Positions 24,470 through 32,000 of a stretch of 32,000 bases of DNA are shown here, piece by piece; the stretch's first letter is position 1, and each line of letters starts with the position of its first letter. Both the position numbers and the translations under genes were made by a program. The stretch is from Roseiflexus castenholzii DSM 13941 (GTDB lineage Bacteria > Chloroflexota > Chloroflexia > Chloroflexales > Roseiflexaceae): the NCBI RefSeq assembly GCF_000017805.1, contig NC_009767.1, positions 2,702,880-2,734,879 of the forward strand, read 5' to 3'. Below the pieces are notes generated by a model, which was not told where the DNA came from, did no database searches, and was given only the letters and a program-made list of their open reading frames with translations.

Positions 24470-27400
24470 GTGAGCGCATCGGAAGGTCTTGTGTCTTCGC
24501 GCCAATCACTTCTTTCTACACGCACTACGCTTTCCAGCAACCACGGACAACCTATGCTGGCGCCTTCTGATATGCGGGCTTCGAAGGATGACACAGGCGG
24601 ACCAGAGACATTTAACCGACCGCCACGCATCCTTCGCATCCTACCGACCGATGAGATCGAAATTCCTGCGCCCCCCGCGCCTCCGCCCCTCGCGCTCTCG
24701 GCGAGTCTCGGCTTTATTCTGATTCCGGCGGTGACCGGCGTGTTTTACCTGATTGCGCTGGTGGCGCGCGGCGGGCAAGGCGGGAGCGTTTGGTTTTCGC
24801 TCCCGATCATCATTATCTCGTTTGTCAGCGTTGGATTTGGCGTCTGGAATTATATCACACAGCGTCGTGTTCAGGAGCGGGCACGTCTTGAGTACGCCAA
24901 TGCCTATGCCGAGACGCTTGCGCAGGTGCGCGCCCATCTGCGACGCCTTGATGACGATCAGCGCCGTGTGCGTGAAGAGAATGATCCTGACCCTGCCGCA
25001 TTAATGGATATTGCTGGCGGACGCGGCGCTGATGCGCTGCCTGAAGCGCGCCTCTGGGAACGCCGCCCACATGATGACGACTTTCTGCGACTCCGCGTCG
25101 GGCGTGGCGATCTTCCCACGAGCATTGCCATTAAGCCGCCGCGCGCCAATCAGTTTCAGTACTCGCCAGAACTGCGGCAGGCGCTCGATCTGGCGCGCGA
25201 GTTCTCCATCGTCCGCAATGTTCCGGTGACCCTGCCGCTGCGCGAGCGTGGATCGATGGGCATTGCCGGTAGTGATGAAAGGGTTATATCGTTCGTTTAT
25301 GCGCTCGTCTGGCAGATCGTGGTGCATCATGCGCCAAATGAGGTTCGACTGGCGGCTTTCTGGAGTATCCGCTTCGATTCCTTCTGGTCATGGCTGCGTT
25401 GGCTTCCGCATACGCGCGCTTTTGATGATGAGTCATATCGTTTGCTGGCGCGCTACGATGGCGATCCTGAGCATTTGATCCAGGTGAGGGAGAGCCTTCA
25501 GCGTGAACTGCGCCAGCGCAGCGAGTATGGCGCCGCCAACCGGCCGCACGTGGTCGTCATCCTCGACAGTTACCCGGATTTTGGCGCCCGTGACGACATG
25601 TTTGGCGACCTGATCGTGCGCGGACGCGATTTGAAATTCAGTGTGTTGTGCCTGGTCAACGACGCGCGGCAGACGCCAGGCGATTGCGACGGTTACATCG
25701 AACTGGCATCACGATCAACATTGGCTTTTGCCGGAGTTGGTGGCGGGTATCAGAAGTTCATTCCCGATACCGTATCGCGCGATGATAGCGACCGTCTGGC
25801 GCGTCGTCTGGCGACCGTCACACAGGTCATGCTAGACGCGCGCCGTGAACTGCCACGTAGTGTGCGTTTCTCGACCATCCTGGGTCTTGGAGAGTTGAAA
25901 AGTTATAAGCCAGACAGTTGGTGGTGCGACCCGGAAAATCCATCTGATAGCTGGCATCCGGCGCCTGTCGGCATGACCGGACCTGATGTGCATCAGGATC
26001 GTTTGCTGATCAACCTCAACGAAGGATTCCATGGCGTGCATGGCATCGTTGCCGGCACGACCGGCTCCGGTAAGAGTGAATTCCTGCTCACCTTCCTGAT
26101 GTCGCTGGCAGTGCTGCATAGCCCGGATCGCCTGAACCTGATGCTGATTGACTTCAAAGGTGGCGCAACGTTCAAGGACCTTGAGAACCTGCCGCACACC
26201 GTCGGCATGGTCACCGATCTCGAAGGATACCAGGCAGAACGCGCCCTGCTGGCGATCAACAGTGAACTTGATCGCCGCAAAAACCGGCTACAACGGGTTG
26301 GCGCCGCAAATATTCGTGAGTATCGCCGCAAGCAGCGCAGCGAACCCTCCCTCGAGCACATTCCGAATCTGATGATCGTGATTGATGAGTTCGATGAGTT
26401 GGTGCGCGATTACCCGGACTTTGTCAATGAGTTGATTCGGGTTGCCAAACAAGGACGTAGCCTTGGTGTCCATCTCTTGTTCGCCACCCAGCAACCATCA
26501 CAGGTCAAGGAAGGATTGCTCCGCAATCTGACGTATTGGATTGCTCTGCGCGTCACCTCCCCGGACGACAGCAAAACGATGGTGTCGATCCCCGATGCGG
26601 CATATCTGACGACCGAAACCCCAGGACGTGGTTACTTCCGGGTCAATAAGCAGGTAGTCGCTTTTCAGTCGGCGCGCGTTACGATTCCTTATCAACCGTT
26701 TGAACAGGGCGAGTCGTATGGCGAAGTTGACATCACCGGTCGACGACGGGTGATCAGCGCCCAAGACCTTGGCATTGAGCGATTTGTCGATAGCGTGGCT
26801 TCGATATGTGACCACTACCATCATGATGCAAATGCACTCCATGCTATGGTGGTAAAGGTGCTTGATCAGTATGAGCAGGCGCTGCAACGCCGTGAACTGC
26901 CACAGCCGGTGTCTGATGATCGTCGGACGTTTCAGTCCATTATTGACAATGCCCTCAGACGTTATCTTGAGGTTTGTCAACACGCCGATGTCAGTCCGAC
27001 TGATGAAGGACGAGCGATCATCCGCACCATGGTGGCGCAGTTGCAGGGAAAACATGAGGTTGATACCGAGTTGGCTCTGATTGCGCAGGCAATGGAACAA
27101 GCGCGCAGTCCGCAGTATGCTGCCAGCAAGTATCGTGTCTGGACGATGCCGCTGCCCGCTGACATTCCACTGGTGACGCTTCTCGACCAGGCGCCGGCGG
27201 ACCATTGGATGAAAGCGCCAGTCGGTCTGCTCGACTATCCAACGCGCGCTGAGCAGCGGCCGTTGGTGCTCGATCTGATAGGCGAACACGGCAATGTGCT
27301 GGTGGTCGGCGCGCCGCGTTCGGGCAAAACAGTGTTGCTGCGCACCCTCATGCTGGCGTTAGCGATTAATCATTCGCCGAAGGACCTCTGGATCTACACC

Positions 27401-29209
27401 ATCGATTCCAACGGACGCGGTTGTGGCATGGCGCTGTCGACGGAGCCTGCCGATGATCCACGCGACCGGGTTCTGCCTCACCTTGCTGACAGGCTGACTC
27501 CCCAGGACAGTGCGCGCATCGAGCGGTTGCTGGTTGAACTCGATGCCGCAATTGAGGATCGTCGGCGGTTGTTCCGGGAATATGGCGCTGATACGCTTCA
27601 CGACTATCGTCAGCGCCACTCGCGCAATCCATCATTGCCGTCGCCGCCGCCGGTCATTCTTGTGGTGATCGACACTATTGCCGATCTGGTCGACGCTCAA
27701 CCTGAATCGACGATCGAGTCGTTCCTCGCCATCATTCGGGAAGCGCGATCATACGGTATCGCATTTGTCGCAACAGCAGGAACGGCAAAGGAAGTCAGTC
27801 GCTGGCAGGGATTGTTTGAGACCCGTATTGTCTTGCGCGTCAGTGATGAGAACGACTCCGATGCTCTGCTTGGCAAAAAGGTCGCTTTTCGCATTCGCGC
27901 CGATCAACCAGGGCGCGCGTTCTTGCGCACGTCCAACGGTCCGGTGGAGTTGCATATTGCGTTTCCGGCGCTGCGCGACACGCAGCAGTACGCGCGCGGC
28001 AGGCAGCCCGATGATATGATGCGGTATACCAATCTCGAGGAGCAGCAACTTGCGCATGCGATCAAGATTGCTGCGCGTCGCTATCGCGCCCTTTCCTCCT
28101 TTTCTCTGCCGCACCCATTGCGTCTACTGCCGGAACGCATCGAACTCAAAGAACTCCTTGACGAGACGACGCCTCCGGCTATTCCCTTTGCGCGCGATAA
28201 TCTTACGCTGCGTCCGGTGCTGCTCGATTTCGATGGCGGTATGAACCATCTGTTGATTGCCGGCGGACCGGATAGCGGCAAATCCGAAGCGTTGCGCGCC
28301 ATCCTCTGTGCGCTGGCGCTGCGCTCGACACCGGATCAAACCCGGTTCGTTCTGGTTGATTATCGTCGCAAAACGCTGGACATTTTCGCTAAATCACCCT
28401 TTGCGGGCGAATACCCTGTCAAAATACCCGATCATCCTGTGCCTGCCCCGACCTCATTTGCGAATGCCAAGGGGGAGCAACGCGCGGTCACACTCGTGAC
28501 GACTGAAGCCGAACTGGCGGGGTTGTGCATGGCGCTGCTCGATGATTTGCAGAAACGGGTGAAGGATGGAGTTGCCGAGCCACGCCTGGTTTTGGTAGTC
28601 AATGACCTCGACTTGATGATTGGTAGGGAGCCGGAGTACCTGGCGTCCCTGGCATCTTATGCTATGCGTGGCAGCGATATCGGATTCCATGTGATCCTGG
28701 CAGCCACCGATTTTTCGTCCTTGCAGAATAATCAATTGGTCAAGGCTATTCGCACAGAACGCTGCGGGCTGTATTTGGGCAAACCGGTTGAGGCGGGAAG
28801 CGATACGCCGAATATTGCCGGAGTTGGCGTCAAGTGGACGAAAACCCTGGCAAAGGCGCAGTTTCCTCCAGGTCGTGGACTGGCGCTGGTGCGCGGACAA
28901 CAGATGCTGGTGCAGGTCGCCCTGGCTACCTCCGATCTGCTCAATACGCTGGTCTGTCCGCCACAAAACGTCGCTGCCGACGACCATTCTGCGATGAGCG
29001 GCACAGCCGACAGCCGCGAGTTTGTTGACGGCGCGGCGATCACCGACCTGTGCGCAGTGCCGGAGTGCATCGACGGCGATCATCCGTTGCGTGGCGAGGT
29101 CGGTCAGTTGCCGGATTTACAGACGGTTACTGCGTTTAGCAATGGCGCCTCTGCTGCCATTCAATCCTCGGACGGCAATCAAGAGTCGGACAACCGGAGG
29201 GAGTTATGA
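24470..29209 (+). CDS. eccC: type VII secretion FtsK/SpoIIIE-family ATPase, EccC/EssC-type (2 TM + degenerate DUF module + three P-loop domains)
   Basis: GTG at 24470 follows GGAGG. It has the conserved N-terminal FNRPPRILRILPTDEIEIPAPP motif and two TM helices (about aa 78-127). A degenerate NTPase-like module (IAGSDERV ... VVVILDSYPDF) follows. D1 has GTTGSGKS (nt 26054-26077) and MIVIDEFDE. D2 has GAPRSGKT and VVIDTIAD. D3 has GGPDSGKS and LVVNDLD. Confidence 0.9.
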   Translation: MSASEGLVSSRQSLLSTRTTLSSNHGQPMLAPSDMRASKDDTGGPETFNRPPRILRILPTDEIEIPAPPAPPPLALSASLGFILIPAVTGVFYLIALVARGGQGGSVWFSLPIIIISFVSVGFGVWNYITQRRVQERARLEYANAYAETLAQVRAHLRRLDDDQRRVREENDPDPAALMDIAGGRGADALPEARLWERRPHDDDFLRLRVGRGDLPTSIAIKPPRANQFQYSPELRQALDLAREFSIVRNVPVTLPLRERGSMGIAGSDERVISFVYALVWQIVVHHAPNEVRLAAFWSIRFDSFWSWLRWLPHTRAFDDESYRLLARYDGDPEHLIQVRESLQRELRQRSEYGAANRPHVVVILDSYPDFGARDDMFGDLIVRGRDLKFSVLCLVNDARQTPGDCDGYIELASRSTLAFAGVGGGYQKFIPDTVSRDDSDRLARRLATVTQVMLDARRELPRSVRFSTILGLGELKSYKPDSWWCDPENPSDSWHPAPVGMTGPDVHQDRLLINLNEGFHGVHGIVAGTTGSGKSEFLLTFLMSLAVLHSPDRLNLMLIDFKGGATFKDLENLPHTVGMVTDLEGYQAERALLAINSELDRRKNRLQRVGAANIREYRRKQRSEPSLEHIPNLMIVIDEFDELVRDYPDFVNELIRVAKQGRSLGVHLLFATQQPSQVKEGLLRNLTYWIALRVTSPDDSKTMVSIPDAAYLTTETPGRGYFRVNKQVVAFQSARVTIPYQPFEQGESYGEVDITGRRRVISAQDLGIERFVDSVASICDHYHHDANALHAMVVKVLDQYEQALQRRELPQPVSDDRRTFQSIIDNALRRYLEVCQHADVSPTDEGRAIIRTMVAQLQGKHEVDTELALIAQAMEQARSPQYAASKYRVWTMPLPADIPLVTLLDQAPADHWMKAPVGLLDYPTRAEQRPLVLDLIGEHGNVLVVGAPRSGKTVLLRTLMLALAINHSPKDLWIYTIDSNGRGCGMALSTEPADDPRDRVLPHLADRLTPQDSARIERLLVELDAAIEDRRRLFREYGADTLHDYRQRHSRNPSLPSPPPVILVVIDTIADLVDAQPESTIESFLAIIREARSYGIAFVATAGTAKEVSRWQGLFETRIVLRVSDENDSDALLGKKVAFRIRADQPGRAFLRTSNGPVELHIAFPALRDTQQYARGRQPDDMMRYTNLEEQQLAHAIKIAARRYRALSSFSLPHPLRLLPERIELKELLDETTPPAIPFARDNLTLRPVLLDFDGGMNHLLIAGGPDSGKSEALRAILCALALRSTPDQTRFVLVDYRRKTLDIFAKSPFAGEYPVKIPDHPVPAPTSFANAKGEQRAVTLVTTEAELAGLCMALLDDLQKRVKDGVAEPRLVLVVNDLDLMIGREPEYLASLASYAMRGSDIGFHVILAATDFSSLQNNQLVKAIRTERCGLYLGKPVEAGSDTPNIAGVGVKWTKTLAKAQFPPGRGLALVRGQQMLVQVALATSDLLNTLVCPPQNVAADDHSAMSGTADSREFVDGAAITDLCAVPECIDGDHPLRGEVGQLPDLQTVTAFSNGASAAIQSSDGNQESDNRREL

Positions 29210-30054
29210 CCGAGTATGAACTGTGGCGCTATCTCGAGCAGTATGCGCAGATGAGCAACGCCTGGTGGTACTCTGTTGCCGTATTACCGGCCACGATCAT
29301 TTCGGCCTGCGCCTATTTCCTGATGTGGCTGGCGCTGCGTCGCACTCGTCAGCTGCCGAAGATGTTTCTCTGGCTCTGCGTCGCCAGCCTGCCGACGATT
29401 CTGGTGGCGCCGTCGTTTTATGTCAGCACCAACCTGACCGATGCGCTGGCGCGCGTCGGGTTCGGCATGCCGGCGAGCGAACAGCAGATCAGCCGCACCG
29501 TTGCCCTTCAGATCGGTGCGTACCTCAGTCAGGTCGCCACACTTGGCATCGTCGGCGCATCACTGGCGTTCGTGACGCTCATCGCCGCCATCCTGGTCGG
29601 CGGGTACGCGCCGCCACAGGTAATCCAGAGCATTCAGTCCATATCACAGAGTTTTTCAAAGGCGATGACACGCGCTTTCGGACCGTCACGTGAAGCGCGG
29701 GTTGCCAACTCAAAATATGGCGTTCTCACGGTTACACGCGGCGGAGCGCAGCAAGGAGCGAAGTTCAGCGTAATCAACAGCGCAATTATTGGCAAAGTTG
29801 AAGCGCACATTGTCGTCACCGATCCGGTCGTGTCGCGTAAGCACGCGCGTCTTGAGGTGAAGAACGATACGGTCTTTCTCGTCGACCTGGGAAGCACCAA
29901 TGGCACGTTCGTCAAGCGCAGTGGACGCGAGTTTGAACTGAACGGCGACCCGTTTGAGTTACGCCATGGCGATTATATCTATCTCGGCGTTCCATCCGAA
30001 CCAGAGTCGGTGGAACTGATCTATGAGCGTTCTCCCGCAGGAGGTCAGTCATGA
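29206..30054 (+). CDS. polytopic membrane protein with C-terminal FHA domain
   Basis: ATGA overlap with the ATPase stop, and GGAGGGAG upstream. It has about four N-terminal hydrophobic helices. The canonical FHA reads SAIIGK....VVTDPVVSRKHARLEVKNDTVFLVDLGSTNGTFV ... GDYIYLG. Confidence 0.85.
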   Translation: MTEYELWRYLEQYAQMSNAWWYSVAVLPATIISACAYFLMWLALRRTRQLPKMFLWLCVASLPTILVAPSFYVSTNLTDALARVGFGMPASEQQISRTVALQIGAYLSQVATLGIVGASLAFVTLIAAILVGGYAPPQVIQSIQSISQSFSKAMTRAFGPSREARVANSKYGVLTVTRGGAQQGAKFSVINSAIIGKVEAHIVVTDPVVSRKHARLEVKNDTVFLVDLGSTNGTFVKRSGREFELNGDPFELRHGDYIYLGVPSEPESVELIYERSPAGGQS

Positions 30055-31277
30055 GGCGTCTGTTTGCGCTCTGTGCCATCCTGGGAATGCTGACGCTGTT
30101 GACGCCATCAGCGTATGCGCAATCTCAGGGGTGTCGCGGGATAGAGGTGCATGCGGCACAGATGGAATTTCCCAACGTCGTGGTCCAGTTTAGCGTCTGT
30201 GACGCGGCGGGCAACCGCATTGCCGGGATTGATCGAAGCGCCATTCGTCTGACCGAAGATGGGCGTCCGGTCGCCGACTTCGATATGGAGTCCATCGTCG
30301 CCGATGCACAAACGCCGGTGCAGAGCGTTGCGCTGAGCAACGGCGGCGCATCCTTTATGCTGACGACCACAGGCGCAAGCATCGGGATTGTATTCGATGC
30401 AACGCAACTGCTCAATGGGAGCGGTGCACAGGCGCGCAACAGCATTGGCGAGGGGCGTGCCGCTATCGAAGCATTCTTGCTGGAGGAAGGCGAACCGCCA
30501 CCGCCGCGCACTCGCTCGCCAGGCAACATAGAGCACATCGGGCTTTTTATCCCCGTCGATCAGCCGGATCAGTCATTGCAGCCAGAGACCCTGCCGGCGT
30601 TTACGCAAGATCGGTATGCTGTGATTAACACACTGCGGCAGAGTCTGCCGATTCGCCAGAAAAAAACCAGCTTGAACGCCGCCATTCAGTCGGCTATCGA
30701 AGCAACGGCGCGTGATGCGCAGCAACGCGGCGCCGAAGCAGCAGTGCTGGTGGTGAGCGATGGCGGCGACGCGCTGACCGGCGACACGTTCACAGCGCTG
30801 ATCGCACAAGCGCAGCAGCGGCGTGTGCGGATTGTTGCGTTTGGTTTTGGAACGGATAAGGCGTTGCAGAGTAATGGCTTCCGCCTGAAACAACTCGCCG
30901 AAGCGACCGGCGGCATCTACCTTGAACGACCCAACGCGCGCGCCGCAGGGGATGCCTTTCTGCGTGTTGCTGAGCCGCGACCTGCTGCACTGTATCGTGT
31001 CCGTTACAGCACGCAGATTATCGATGATGGCAAACCGCACTCGCTGGAGTTGGAAGTGAATGCGCCAGACCGGCTGATCTATCAGTTTCCGCTCACATAT
31101 GCCGGCGCCGATAGCGGCATCCGGTTGACGCCGCTTGGAGATGCGCTTCTGCGACAATATTTTGTGTTTGCTGTGCCGATTGCGCTGTTCCTTTCACTCT
31201 TTCTGACGCTGATCAGCGGTGCGATGTTCTGGTTGAGCACATCTTCTTCCGGTTTGAAAGGAAAGACACAACGCTGA
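30051..31277 (+). CDS. signal-peptide/C-terminal-TM-anchored von Willebrand factor A (vWA)-like protein
   Basis: ATGA overlap with the FHA gene. The N-terminal signal is LFALCAILGMLTLLTPSAYA. vWA-type motifs are AAVLVVSDGGDALTG, RIVAFGFGTD and LKQLAEATGGIYLE. The MIDAS position reads DATQL rather than DxSxS. The C-terminal TM is FVFAVPIALFLSLFLTLISGAMFWL. Confidence 0.65.
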   Translation: MRRLFALCAILGMLTLLTPSAYAQSQGCRGIEVHAAQMEFPNVVVQFSVCDAAGNRIAGIDRSAIRLTEDGRPVADFDMESIVADAQTPVQSVALSNGGASFMLTTTGASIGIVFDATQLLNGSGAQARNSIGEGRAAIEAFLLEEGEPPPPRTRSPGNIEHIGLFIPVDQPDQSLQPETLPAFTQDRYAVINTLRQSLPIRQKKTSLNAAIQSAIEATARDAQQRGAEAAVLVVSDGGDALTGDTFTALIAQAQQRRVRIVAFGFGTDKALQSNGFRLKQLAEATGGIYLERPNARAAGDAFLRVAEPRPAALYRVRYSTQIIDDGKPHSLELEVNAPDRLIYQFPLTYAGADSGIRLTPLGDALLRQYFVFAVPIALFLSLFLTLISGAMFWLSTSSSGLKGKTQR

Positions 31278-31286
31278 GGTGCCATT

Positions 31287-32000
31287 ATGCCTGAACTTCC
31301 GGTTCCGTCGAAACTGGGCAGATTTGAAGTGATAGAACTGATTGGCGTAGGTCTCACCGGCGAGGTGTACCAGGCGCGTGATCGCAACGGTGCTATGGTT
31401 GCACTTAAGGTGCTGGCGCGTTCAAAACAGCGTGATCCGACAGTGTTTGGTTATTTTACCAACGAACAGACGCTCCTGCGGGAAATGACGCATCATCGGC
31501 GCCATCCGCACATTGTTGAGTACGTTGCCGATAATCTCGTCCAGCCGCCCTACTACCTGGCGACGCGGCTGGTCGAAGGAGCGCGCGGGCTGGACGCCAT
31601 CATTGGCGATCGCATGCCGCTGCCGGTAGGCAAAGGCGCCCCGCAACCGGCTGCCTTCGTGGTTCGCGTTATCTCGCAGATTGCCAGCGCGCTTGACTAT
31701 TTGCACAGCGGACATCCAACCTACAGTCCGATTATCCATCGTGATGTCAAACCATCAAACATTCTCATCGACGCGTCTGGCAACGCCGTGCTGATTGATT
31801 TCAGCATTGCGAGCCATCCACATTATGCCCTGATCAACGAAAAGACCCTCGGTACGCCTGGCTATATGGCGCCAGAACAGTACACCGGCGAAGAAGTTCC
31901 GGCATCGGATCAGTTTGCGCTGGCGCTGGTGGCGCTTCACATGCTTACCGGACGTCGTCCGCTGCCGGATAAGGCAACGGCGGCGCTGAGACAGATTGAG
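31287..32000 (+). CDS. Hanks-type Ser/Thr protein kinase, 3' end cut by window edge
   Basis: It is not in the ORF track because there is no stop inside the window. The ATG at 31287 follows GAGG. My translation gives MPELPVPSKLGRFEVIELIGVGLTGEVYQARD..MVALKVL (G-loop and VAIK Lys), HRDVKPSNILID (catalytic loop), DFSIA (DFG variant) and GTPGYMAPE. The frame stays open to nt 32000. Confidence 0.9.
   Translation, partial: MPELPVPSKLGRFEVIELIGVGLTGEVYQARDRNGAMVALKVLARSKQRDPTVFGYFTNEQTLLREMTHHRRHPHIVEYVADNLVQPPYYLATRLVEGARGLDAIIGDRMPLPVGKGAPQPAAFVVRVISQIASALDYLHSGHPTYSPIIHRDVKPSNILIDASGNAVLIDFSIASHPHYALINEKTLGTPGYMAPEQYTGEEVPASDQFALALVALHMLTGRRPLPDKATAALRQIE

Overview
High-GC (about 60% by eye) bacterial chromosomal window. 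The genes look Chloroflexota-like: Tat/lipobox-anchored solute-binding proteins typical of monoderms, and many SARP/FHA/kinase genes. This taxon call is a low-confidence inference and cannot be verified here. There are three blocks. (1) 1-7.6 kb, housekeeping: the 3' part of lpdA, a small Cys-rich ORF, a ~960-bp G-rich tandem-repeat array that exactly fills the gap between two convergent stop codons, an SDR, a Lon-like AAA protease, an agmatinase-family enzyme and a small membrane-anchored ORF. (2) 7.6-21.2 kb, two transport/catabolic operons. The plus-strand operon is peptide/oligosaccharide-type ABC (family-5 SBP, two permeases, DUF3048 protein, no ATPase). The minus-strand operon is GntR-led: GntR, a signal-less SBP-fold protein, an SDR, an L-fuconate-dehydratase-like enolase, then a CUT2 sugar ABC permease, SBP and double ATPase. 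(3) 21.2-32 kb, the most interesting part. A ~1 kb AT-richer non-coding stretch and a SARP/BTAD regulator gene are followed by a compact same-strand, partly overlapping cluster. The cluster encodes a ubiquitin-like plus FHA-like protein, one WXG100 (ESAT-6-like) protein, a 1579-aa EccC/EssC-type triple FtsK/SpoIIIE ATPase, a polytopic FHA membrane protein, a membrane-anchored vWA protein and a Hanks Ser/Thr kinase cut by the window edge. I read this as a minimal type VII-like secretion system with a phospho-threonine control layer and a non-canonical accessory set. All calls rest on motif reading of the supplied translations and manual inspection of the DNA. No searches were run. Coordinates of small motifs may be off by 1-2 nt.
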